The notes under the pieces are model-generated. The model ran no database searches and had not been told where the DNA came from. It worked only from the letters and a program-made list of their open reading frames with translations. From contig JBHGNT010000009.1 in assembly GCA_043228905.1 (NCBI GenBank), positions 14,508,001 to 14,572,000 of the forward strand: a DNA stretch of 64,000 nt. The letters are read 5' to 3'. The DNA comes from Azolla caroliniana (lineage: Eukaryota > Plantae > Polypodiophyta). Made by a program: the position numbers and the translations under genes. Below are positions 13,561-24,934 of this stretch, piece after piece (the first letter of the stretch is position 1; every line of letters starts with the position of its first letter).

Positions 13561-15241
13561 AATATTAGTTAATTAATTAGGGCTTCTACTAAACTTAGCT
13601 AAACTTAGGGTTTTAGTGAAAGCTTGAGTTTGGGGCTGAGAACATGATGTAGGATTAGAATAGATCATGAGAGAGAGTCATAGACGCGGGCTCAAAAGAA
13701 AGAAATATTGTCGAAATTAGGACTATGACATAAATTAGGGTTTTCAGCCGAAACCCTACTTTTCTGACCGAGAACAATATGCAGAGGGAAGCGAGGGCAG
13801 CACGTAGAGGGAGGGAGTAGGGTGAGGCTTCCTCACTTGCTGCTTGTTGTTCGTTCACTCCCTCACAGGAAAAAAACAGTTTTTTATTTTTTATTAAAAA
13901 AAAAACGAATACATTTACATGCATTCGTATTCCTATTCGTATGGATTCGTGGGGCAATCCCCATGAATGTGAAAATGTCAATCTATGTGTATATGTATAT
14001 ATGTACTACAAAGACAGACAAAGACATACACAGGGAGAGATTGCATTTGTATGTATGTATGTATGTATGTATGTATGCATGCTTGTCTCTAACCGAAGAA
14101 GCATGGCGAGGGAATCGCTCGCGGCCATCAACGGTGGTGTAGGGCGCATAGCTAAGGGTGCATGCGATTTGCACCGTCTGATCTGGATAAAGAAAAAGCA
14201 CACCATCAAAATAGTTGATAGCCTCTATCACTAGAAGCCTGACTCTGACAACCTCTGTCACATCACAAGGAGCTCGACTCTCAAACAACCTCTGTAACCA
14301 GGAGCTTGACCGACTCAGGACAAGAGCTCGACTCATTGTTAGCCTCTGTTACCAGGAGCCCGACCGTCTTAGGGCAGGAGCTCGACTCAAATAAGGAGGC
14401 CAACCAACTCATGGCAAGAGGCCAACCCGTCTTAGGGAAGCCTGATCAAATTTGGAGCCTGATTGACTCGGTCGGGGCAAGTGCACGACTCAAATTCAGA
14501 CATCAAAATTTCAAAAAATTGTACGCAAAAATTTGCCATCAAAATCTTACACCAAAATTCCTCTAAAAAATAAAAAACTTCCAATTACACAAAACTTAAA
14601 ACCTCAAATTACACTTACGTTAAAGCTTTAAAGGTCAAATTACACACCAATATGCATCATCAAAAACCAAAATCTTTCAATTACACTGAAATTAAAACTT
14701 AAAGCTTGAAATTACACACCTTAAAACTCAAATGAGAGATATTACACATACATTGAAACTCATACCTTCAAAAATTACACTAACTTAAAACTTCAAGCCT
14801 CAAATAACAAATAAATTTGAAACTTAACAATTTTCCCACCATAAAATGTTTCCTACATCATAAAATGCACAAAACCAAAGTTCCTAAACAAGAGTTCGAA
14901 TCTTTGTTCCATACTTTTTGCTTCTTGGTCAAATTTGGGAAACAAACATCAAAATGGAGGCTATAGTATTGTATATTAATGTATTCCTCCTCACCCTACC
15001 TATTTAACCAACATTTCATTAGTTTGCTCTATCCTTGGGCTTGTAGGTATGTATATGTATATATAAGTTTGAACTTTGAGACCAACATTCACAATAGTGG
15101 TATTTGATTGTGCCAAGTGTTGCATATATGTGTAGGTTTGGAATGCTTTGGAATATTTTGGGAACAAGAACATATGTCAAGAACTTAAATGAAATACATC
15201 TTTGAGAAGTATTGGTAGCTCAATGGGAATGGCATATGTCT

Positions 15242-15692
15242 TGTTAGGAGAAAGATTTGAGTTCAATATACCCATGGGATAACCATCGTTATATGTATCA
15301 CCTAAAAGCAACACTTAATACTATAGATGACACTGACTCCTAAAAATATGCCTACGCACTAGGCTAAATTCGTAAGCCTCTAACGGTCTACCGGTTAAAA
15401 TATGATATGACTCTCCGATCCAGTTCTTAATTCCAAACTCCGATCCGGATCCGGTTGAGGTTGTCTGCTCAACACTCCCTCTCAAGCACAACTTGAGGTC
15501 AGATCGTAGTGTTAGTGTATGTGTCTACCGGTCCTTTCCTCGGGCTCCACCTGGCATCCTCTTGCCTGGCTTGTGCTCCTCGTTCGGTCTGGTCCTACTT
15601 TCCTCGACCCGTCCGGTTCCGGGCTCCTCGACCTTCTCAGTCGGCTTGTCTGCTCCTTTGGCCCTTATCACCTCCCTTGCTATCATAGTGCT
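15242..15692 (-). mobile_element. Ty1/copia 3' LTR (15242-15474), PPT and 3' region; relative of the 40172-45827 element
   Basis: TGTTAGG...CTCAACA termini, then CTCCCTCTCAAG (reverse PPT). GTCGGCTTGTCTGCTCCTTTGGCCCTTATCA matches ~40696-40725. Confidence 0.7.
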
Positions 15693-17323
15693 TGTTAGAG
15701 CTTAACTACTAATGTAAGCATATGATAAGGATAGAAGATAGATAAATAAGAAAGGAGAGAGAGACAGAAGGGTGCCGATCCACCTGACCACCCCCGAGCG
15801 AAGGGATCAAGACGAACTCGAGCCTCGATCGGCGTCCCATACCACCGCTGTGGCGTCAGGTCGTACCTAGCGCTGGGGCACTCGCTACAAGAGTTGAGCC
15901 ACCACAATGTCAGATTCTCGACATAGTCGATCATGTGTCAAATGAGGGTAGCTAGGCCGCCAGAACTAAGGCCCCCAAGCAAGTTCACACTTGGCCTAAT
16001 GGGTTGTCTCAATCCCAAGGATTAAAAGTAATCCTCCCCTTCTTTACACTCTCGTTTAACCGTCACACTTTATCCACGTGTACAGAATACTATAGTAAAT
16101 TCTCACCACAGGATATTATATGGTCATGCCCGTAACATACTCCCCCTCTTTAAAACATTGCACTCTTGCAATGGAATGTTATGGAAGTTAGTTCTAAGAG
16201 TATTTTCACGTTCCCATGTGGCATCTTTTATAGATTTATCCATCCATTTAATATTAAATTCTCGGGTTATTTTAGAATGCAATTTTTTTGTTTTAACATC
16301 GAGAATTTTTTTTGGTACATGTGGTTTAGAAGGCAATTCTTCAGAAGTAACTAGAGTTTCAGTTGTCACTGTATTGTCTCTAGAGCCAAGAAGTTCTTTT
16401 AGACGACTTACATGAAAAACTGGATGGATTTCAATGCCATCAGGAAGAGCGAGACGATAGGCAGATGAACCAATGTGTTTGAGGACTATATAAGGTCCAC
16501 AAAACCGTGGGGCTACCTTAGCGCACTTACCCGTAAACAATGTCTTAGAATTGTGAGGTACACGTAAAAATACTTTCTGTCCAGGGTTGAATACACGAGG
16601 TTGCCTATTATGATCGACATAAAACACACTCTATCTTGAGCTGTTTTTATATTATCTTGTGTAATATGCAACATATCTTGCATATCCCAAAGAAAGTTTT
16701 GCATACTTCGCAACTCATCATGATGTGTATTAATATCAATCGGGGCTCGTGGCTAAAAACCATACATCAACATAAAAGGACTATATCCTGTCGATGTATG
16801 CTTGGAACTGTTATAAGCAAACTCCAAAATTGAGAGATAACGTTCCCATTTTGTTGGTTTTCTACCAACATATGCATGGAGTATGTCCTCAACAATTTCA
16901 TTTACTCGTTTTGTCTGTCCATCGGATTGAGGATGATCCGTGGAGCTCATGCTCAATGTAGTTTCTAACTTCTTAAAGACTTGCGTCCAAAAGTCGCTAG
17001 TAAACTTTGAATCTCGATCACTCATGATATCCATAGGTAACCCATAAAAACAAAATAACTCGTCAACGAATCGGTAAGCCAATTCAAGAGCTATTACCGT
17101 GGTTTTAGTAGCAATAAATCTGACCATTTTAGTTAGTTGATCAACCACAACCCAGATGGCATCATGGCCTTTTTGGGCGAGAGGAAGGATAACAATAAAA
17201 TCCATAGATATACTTTCCCACTTATTATTGGGAGTGTCCAAAGGATGTAAAAGCCCTGCGACTTTAAGTCGCTCGACTTTGTTAACCTGACACTCGTGAC
17301 ATTTAGTCACCTAGCTATGTATG
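15693..17323 (-). mobile_element. Ty3/gypsy chromovirus 3' part: LTR 15693-16137, PPT, integrase plus chromodomain (pseudogenised)
   Basis: LTR TGTTAGAG...CGTAACA followed by TACTCCCCCTCTTT (reverse PPT). Motifs WESISMDF, HPQSDGQT, GPY, HPVFHVSRLK and chromodomain IKWMDKSIKDATWE. Homologous to 36932-39270. Confidence 0.9.
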
Positions 17324-17466
17324 TGTTAAGAGTCTATTACTAATCAATAGACCAAACTAAGTAAAAGAAGGAAAATAGAATGGATAGAAGAACCTATTCC
17401 ACTCGACCACCCCCGAGCTATGATCTAGACATAGCCAACCTACCACCGATGTCCCATACTGCCGGA
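17324..17466 (-). mobile_element. Truncated LTR related to the chromovirus LTRs, inserted into the integrase of the previous element
   Basis: TGTTAAGAG begins exactly where homology to 39261-39280 stops; shares CCACCCCCGAGC and GTCCCATAC with 15693-16137. Confidence 0.55.
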
Positions 17467-19782
17467 TATTAGGACGTGAAGAGAAATCGATGCGGAATAT
17501 GAATCACAATGAATAGACACTGCTGAAATATGAATCACAGAAATATGCCAAAGAAAAAAAACAAGATGAACAATGGTGCACAGAGATTTACATGGAAACC
17601 CTAAAACAGGGAAAACCACGGGTGAACAGATTTCTTCGCTATACAAAGTGTATATACAACACTGAGAGGAATACAACACTGTATCGAGTGTATCAGCCGC
17701 ATAGGGCTCTTCGCGTCTGTTGTTACTCACACAGCTATGGTGCGGCTCACACTTCTCTCTCTTACACTCTCACTCGTTCTCTTACTCTGTTCGTCTCACT
17801 CACACACACTAAAAGTTTGCCCTAGTTGCATATTGATAGCGTGTATAAGACAAAGGATAGTTATACACAATATGGGTGCTTGACCAAACCGATTAGATGG
17901 AGTTATGAATCATAATATATTATATAGATCAAGGTATCTACGAATTAGAGAGAATGACTCAAGAAATTAAGAAAAAAGATTGAGAAGATGAGCAAGAAAT
18001 AAGAATGTTCTCATATTCCACTATCAAGAGAATACAAAGGAGATAAACTCCACTAAAACCAAAGACCTTCATCCACTCTTCCTAAGCCTCCTCCACACTT
18101 AGGACTCCTCCTCCACCCTTAGGATCCCCCGTCTATGACTATCACTTCTTCTTTTATAATTTTCTTCTTCTTCCTCGTTCACGCTATTTTTAGAAGCTTT
18201 TTATCTCCTATTTTTAGCTAAGACCCAACGACCTTCTAATCGTCATATCTCCCTCCTCAGAGCTCCGAATTTAGTGATTTAAAACGCTATGGATAGCTCT
18301 CGTTACAAGCTTTCAAACCCATATTTAAACATAATATTTGGGTGAAAAACGAAGGAGTTATGACAATTCCTTTTTTACCGTTTTTTATGGTCCGCTTTTT
18401 CTCTTTTTACTTTTCTCTTGGTCTCTTACTTTTACTTTTGACTTCTTCCTAAGGTCTTGGTTCGTGTTCTTAGCCTCCAAATGTGAATTATCCATACTTT
18501 ATATTCTTCTAATGTTCAATGGCTTAGCTTCTAAAAACACTTTCACACATATGTACTTACGCAACTTCCTGGTTATTTACATACGTAGCCCTCGCGGAGT
18601 GCACACTTAGACTATTTACAAGTATAGTCTCCCGAGTTGGCTATTTACACGATTCCGGTTTCGGCCTTAGCCGAGTTGCTCATCAACTCGGCTCCTCGAC
18701 TGTCGGCTTTCCGGATGGTCGGATCTTCCTCCCACTGGAGGGACATATCCCTACAAACTCCCCCTTCACTCATGTGGGAGGAAATTTGTCAGTCCTGTAT
18801 TCTCTTGACAAACTCTGAGTCTGTCCATAGGTAGGTTCTTTGTCAGCATATCGGATCCACTATCGTCAGTATGGATCTTCTCAAGAGCAAATTCTCCTTC
18901 TTCGACTTTCTCTCGTAACCAGTGATACCTTCTCTGTATGTGCTTGGTCCGGGAGTGATATGCCACATTCTTGGCTAGGTGTATGGCGCTTTGGCTGTCA
19001 CAATGAAGCAAGAACTCCTTTTGCTTCATGCCTAATTCGGTGAGAAAATTTCTCATCTAGATTAGCTCTTTTCCGGCTTCTACCGCTGCCATATACTCTG
19101 CCTTTGTAGTCGACAAGGCTACAGACTTCTGCAGTCGTGATTGCCATGACACTGCTCCCCCTGCATAGGTTATCACGTACCCTGACGTGGATCGGCTTGA
19201 GTCGACATCTCTTGACATGTCTGAATCGGTAAAACCTTCCAGCACACGTTTTCCGACACCATACCTTAGGCACACCCCCGAGGTGCCCTTTAAGTACCTG
19301 AGTATCCATTTCATCGCTACCTAGTGTTCTCTCCCTGGATTACTCATATATCGGCTTACTGCTCCCACAAAAAATGCTATGTCCGGTCTCATACAGACCA
19401 TATCATACATTAGATTGCCGATGGCTGAGGCATATGGAACCTTCTTCATCTCAGCCTTTTCCTTCTGCCCTTTCGGACACTGCTTCGCATTTAGTCTGCA
19501 ATTTGTTGGCAGCACTGAGCCGACCGGCTTTGCGTTCGACATGTTGAACCTCTCTAGGATCTTCGTCACATACTTCTGTTGTGACAACCATAGCACCTTC
19601 CGAGCTCTGTCTCGGGTTATGTGCATTCCTAGGATTTGCTTTGCCGGTCCAAGGTCTTTCATGGCAAATGATTTGCCAAGAGCTTTCTTCAAGCTTCCAA
19701 TCTTCCTTGCATCTTGGCCGACTATCAACATATCATCAACATATAGCAAGAGAATCAAGAAATCTCCTTCCTCGTACCTTTT
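17467..19782 (-). mobile_element. Ty1/copia (Tnt1/Tork-like) 3' part: LTR 17467-18755 (interrupted), PPT, RT and RNase H pseudogene
   Basis: LLLYVDDMLI, RPDIAF, WILRYLKG, SRSTSGY, CDSQSAIHLAKN, HSRTKHI, DMLTK. The LTR end CCCTACA is followed by AACTCCCCCTTC. Confidence 0.88.
17834..18603. mobile_element. ~0.77-kb LTR-like insertion inside the Copia LTR
   Basis: Interrupts CCCTAGTTGCATA...CTTAGAC, which is near-contiguous in the related LTR at ~33197-33213. TG...CA ends are possible; no clean TSD. Confidence 0.45.
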
Positions 19783-21759
19783 TTCCAATGGACGGATACG
19801 GAGGATAAGGCATACAATGCCCTGAAGGTACTTTTGTCGCAAGCACCCGTCGTGCAGCCTCCGGATTGGAGCAAGGAATTTCATGTGTTCGTGGACGCTT
19901 CCGACATCGCTATCGGCAGCGCCTTAATGCAACTTACGGAGCCCAAATGGTACCGGCCGGTATACTACGCCAGCCGGAAGCTGTCCCAAGCGGAGAAGAA
20001 CTATTCGACGACGGAACGGGAGGCCCTGGGCATGATCTACAATGTCACAAAGTTTCGTCATTACCTATTGGGAAGGAAGTTCTCCTTTCATGTGGATCAC
20101 TCGGCGCTCCTGTACTTAGTGTCCAAGGCGTCCCTGACCGGTAAGTTGGCCCGTTGGACCTTGCTGTTGCAGGAGTTCGAATTCGAGATTTTCCACCGGC
20201 CCGGTATCCAGCATGTCGTAGCAGACTATCTGAGCCGGTTAGAGTCCGGAGAATCAGGCGACGGAGTAGCGGATGAATTCCCGGACGCAGAGTTATTCCG
20301 TATCACCCCGGAAACGGCAGCGGACGACACGGTGGCATCAGAAGATAGGTGGCTGACAAACATGCACCAGTTCCTAAGCACGGGCCTGCCACCGGAGGAA
20401 ATGAACCGGGACGAGAGGAAACGACTGGTGGTGCAGAGCCGCAATTTCTGTCTGTTACGGGACACTCTCTACCACAAAGGAGCAGATGGAATATGGAGAC
20501 GGGCAGTCCGTAGGGACGAGAAAGAAATAATCTTACGGGAAGCACACTGTGGGGTTGCCGGAGGACACTATGCCGGGGAAGCGACGGCAAGGAAAGTATG
20601 GCAGAGCGGCTTATGGTGGCCCACGACGTTAAAAGACGCCGTCAAGTATGCTGAGGAATGTGACCTATGCCAACGAATGGGCCAGCCTACGGAGCAAGCA
20701 CGGATGCCACACCAACCGGTACTTCCACTAGAGCCATTCCAGAAATGGGGGTTGGATTTTGTCGGACGGTTCAAGCCACCGGCAATGAGAACGGGTAATC
20801 GTTATGTTATCGTGGCAACGGATTATTGCACTAAATGGGTGGAGGCTAAGGCCTTGAGAGACAATACCGCGTCATCCACAGCAAAATTCCTGTACGAGAA
20901 CATTTGGTGCCGATATGGATGTCCGATTGAATTAATCAGCGACCAAGGAGGGCACTTCCTCGGCCAGGTAGTGGAAAGCTTAACAACGTTCTATGCCGTG
21001 GTCCATAAACGGAGCACACCGTACTACCCACAAGCGAACGGGTTAGCAGAGTCCACCAACAAAACGCTGCAGAACATTCTCCGCAAAATCGTCAATGAAA
21101 ACCGGACGGACTGGGATACAAAGCTCCATAGCGCGCTATGGGCGTACCAAACGGCATACAAAACAAGTATCCGGACAACGCCGTTCCGGTTAGCGTTCGG
21201 CTTAGAGGCGGTCATGCCGGTGGAATTTCAGGTACCAAGCTTACGGATCCAACTACGGGAACGGCTGAATGAAAAGGAGTCGGAGGAAATGCGGCTAGTC
21301 GCACTATGCGAACTGGAGGAGCAACGGCTGGCTAGCATCCTACACATGGAACTGGAGCAACGACGACGGAAAGCGTTCGTTGACCGTCACCGGAAAGGTA
21401 ATGAAAAGATGTTTGAAATCGGAAAGCCGGTGCTAGTATTCCAAACGAGGATGGGCAAGATGCCGGGTAAACTCCGGTTCAGATGGACATGCCCGTATTG
21501 GCTGACACGGGAATACAACGGGTCCTATCAGTTAGGGACACTTGCCGGTGAAGTACTAGGCAAGTGGGTCAACGGATTTAGATTAAAGCCCTATAAAGGA
21601 CCGATGCCAAAGAACCCGTTTATGCAGACCACCGGCACTATACCGGGAACGGTACGGATGGAAGAAAAAGATGACGGGGAACCCGTAGCAGAGGCGAAGG
21701 AAGACACGGCAACCCGTAAGGAAAACGGTAAGGGTCCGAAGGGACCTACGGATGTGTAA
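19783..21759 (+). mobile_element. Ty3/gypsy (non-chromovirus, Athila/Tat-like) pol fragment: RT connection, RNase H and integrase in an open frame
   Basis: VDASDIAIG, YYASRKL, NYSTTEREAL, DHSAL, HHCC zinc finger, WGLDFVG, DYCTKWVEA, SDQGGHF, YYPQANG; no chromodomain. The 5' end is fused directly to Copia RT. Confidence 0.92.
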
Positions 21760-22130
21760 GGTCACATACCGTCATTAAAAAAGAAAAAAGAAAAAAAAAG
21801 AAATCATTAAAAATCGAGGTGTGAACGGACGTGAAAGTAAGGAGCGAAAAGGTACGTAGTGGGCATTTAAGAGCTGCCACGTTACTTAATACTAAATCGG
21901 TACACGACGTGCGCATGCTCGAAAAAGGCGCCAAGACGCACAGAGAAAAAGAAGAGCGCATGGAGACCTTCTTTTTTCGCGAGCCAAGAAGCACAGAAGC
22001 ACCAAGGCAGTGGAAGCTTAGCAAACGCGAACCTGCACTCAGAGAACCCCCGCGTTCCGAACGCTCTCTCTCTCTCTCTCACTCTCATCACCACTCTACC
22101 TCGCCATCTTTCCTCGACCTCGAAGCAGAC

Positions 22131-23779
22131 ATGGAACCACAAACGCTGACGGAAGCGGCCAGGAAATGGTTCAGGCAACACGGACTGGATGGGTTCTTGA
22201 CCATCATGGAGGCACCACCGCACAGAGAAGCCGACCGGGTCATCAAGGAGCTCGCCACAGAGGTCATCACCGAGGAAGCGATCCGTGCGCTAACAGGCCT
22301 TCCGGAGGGAGGTATCTTTCAGATCGATAACCCAACCTCGGAGCAACTCATCCGATATTTCGGTGAGTACTCTGTTGCCGGCAAAGGCTATCGAACGCAG
22401 GGCGGCGAAGATCCGCTATTCAGGGAGATAGCTCGAGTGCTCCATGAGTACGGCCACGTGTACCCCCGACCCCCTGTCATGCCAAAAAATCGGGCAGCGG
22501 CCGGCAAGGAGTCCAAAATACGGAGTGAAGGAATTAATTAAGTATGGTTGTAAATAAGCCTAGTGTGGACGGACGGACTGGAAACGGTATGCCGTTCCAG
22601 ATCCGGACGGATCCCGAATAGGTGCGATAGGCACCGTTTTGTACTACGGGCCGGAAACCTATTTAAAGGCCCAGACCCCATTGTAATCGGAGCGGATAAT
22701 TAATAGAGCATATGGTGTTTATACTTCTGTGTTGATTTCCGTTCTGTACTTACTGTTATATCTTACGCGTGTAATTAACCAAAGCACTCTAATCGTGTAA
22801 CCTACGTAAGTCGGTGTAATCGTTGAATCTTAATCCTATGCCGTAATCACCCTTTGGTGAAGTGTCTCCGTGACACCTTGTGTTAGGCCTTGTCCGGCTA
22901 GCAAATAACACAGTTGATCGGACCGCAACGGCATACGCTAAGGAACAAGCGGAAACCAGAAGACGGTTGGAAGAGGCGGAGAAGGTTCGGACAGAGCTCC
23001 TCAGGCAACAGCAGGCGGAAAAAGAAAGAGCGGCGGAGGTACTGCAGAGGCTGCAAACAACATATCAAGGGCAGCTGACGCGCTACAGAGAGCAGGCGGA
23101 GGATACGGCTAATCTCATCAAGCAGTTGAAGGAGGAACGACAAGTTGTGGAAAGTAGAGCGCAAATGGGAGCAAGTCGTATCCAGGATATCATGCGGGCC
23201 TGGTTGAACCAGACCAAGAGCTTGATTGACAACGGTTCCGTCAAATGGTGGACCAAGTGGGCCACGAACGCAGCGGAACTCCAATTGCTCCGGGCCGACG
23301 TAGAGAACCGGCGGAAGAAGGGAGATGATTGCTATATGCTGACTTCCGAAGACTTCACCGGCATAAGAGATGAGCTGGCCGAGGACTTTCAAGCCTTGGC
23401 AGACGACCAACTAGGGCAAGTCCGGCAACTTGTAGCTCAGCTGGACGACGACAGGCTGGAGGCGCAGATCCAGTTTGAAAGCTACGAGAGGTCTCGGATC
23501 CGGGAAGAGAAAGCACGAGAACCGGTTACGGTCAACCTCAGTGATGAGGAACCGTTACTGGAAGGAGACCGGATCGGAAGCAGTCAAACGGAGATGCCGG
23601 AGTCAGAGAGACAAACGGAGTAGCCGGAGTCAGAGAAACAAACGGAGCCGCAACAGCAAGCAGAGCAGCCGGAGCAGCCTCAGGCCCAACCGCAACCACA
23701 ACAGCCGCAACAACCACAACCGGAAGAACAAGTGGAAACTCTGGAACAAAGTATTTTGGACAATTTGGGTGAACAATGA
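22131..23779 (+). pseudogene. Additional sense ORF downstream of integrase (unknown function; coiled-coil and Q/P-rich tail), split by an LTR copy
   Basis: ATG at 22131 (MEPQTLTEAARKWF...), broken at 22498-22910. It resumes as a helical/coiled-coil segment to 23620, then a probable CAG>TAG, then a QPQP-rich tail to TGA at 23779. Confidence 0.6.
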
Positions 23780-24393
23780 AGGGGCGGAGAAGGGTTCGAC
23801 GTACAAGGTACTGTCCCACGGGCGTGCCATGTGTTACCGGCCGGCAAGGAGTCCAAAATACGGAGTGAAGGAATTAATTAAGTATGGTTGTAAATAAGCC
23901 TAGTGTGGACGGACGGACTGGAAACGGTATGCCGTTCCAGATCCGGACGGATCCCGAATAGGTGCGATAGGCACCGTTTTGTACTACGGGCCGGAAACCT
24001 ATTTAAAGGCCCGGACCCCATTGTAATCGGAGCGGATAATTAATAGAGCATATGGTGTTTATACTTCTGTGTTGATTTCCGTTCTGTACTTACTGTTATA
24101 TCTTACGCGTGTAATTAACCAAAGCACTCTAATCGTGTAACCTACGTAAGTCGGTGTAATCGTTGAATCTTAATCCTATGCCGTAATCACCCTTTGGTGA
24201 AGTGTCTCCATGACACCTTGTGTTAGGTTTCCGGCCCGTAGTACAAAACGGTGCCTATCGCACCTATTCGGGATCCGTCCGGATCTGGAACGGCATACCG
24301 TTTCCAGTCCGTCCGTCCACACTAGGCTTATTTACAACCATACTTAATTAATTCCTTCACTCCGTATTTTGGACTCCTTGCCGGCCGGTAACA
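22498..24393. repeat. Three near-identical copies of one ~420-bp LTR: 22498-22910(+), 23832-24227(+), 24224-24393(-)
   Basis: Termini TGTTACC...AAATAACA. Two mismatches seen between the direct copies. 23832-24001 and 24224-24393 form a 170-bp inverted repeat. Confidence 0.9.
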
Positions 24394-24934
24394 CCCTCAT
24401 GTACAAGAAACGCAGGAAAGGGGAAGCACCCGACACCAACAGAGATGCGAATATACACAGACAGACGCTAATGTATATACATAAACAGGAGAATACATTC
24501 CCGGCTTCGAGCCGGACCGAGGTAGGTTACAGTAGTCGTCGGCTGCCAAGCCGCCGGTCGGGGAGCTCACGGGCTCGTCGCGCCGAGCGGGGTCTTGCGC
24601 AGGAGAGGAGCTGAAGCAAACCCTAAGTGAACATGAAGAAGAAGAAGGAGAAGAAGAAACCCTAAATCTAACGGTATACCCTCTAATGCAAAATGGGCAA
24701 CCCCTTCGCAAAGGGAGCTCCCTTCCTTTTATAGAACAAGGAGAGGGATGCGTTACAATGTGGGGTAAATCCCGACTTACATGGGATCGTCTGTCCCGAC
24801 TTGACTATTCTTCGGTGCCATAAAGGCGCCCTCGTTACTCACACTAAATGTACATGGGTGCGTACACACGCTGCACCCCGCCGATGTAGCCAATGTTTCC
24901 CGGTTTCCGCCTCCGGCCGAAATTCTTCACGACA
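24394..24934 (-). mobile_element. Truncated LTR of the tRNA-Trp-primed gag-only family
   Basis: Highly similar to ~57500-58040 and ~61737-62280; ends CTTCACGACA followed by CCGG. Confidence 0.9.

Noticed and set aside
23832-24393. Bona fide MITE or DNA transposon with 170-bp TIRs
   Set aside because: No TSD (CCATG versus CCCTC), and the arms are the 5' end of an LTR also present at 22498.
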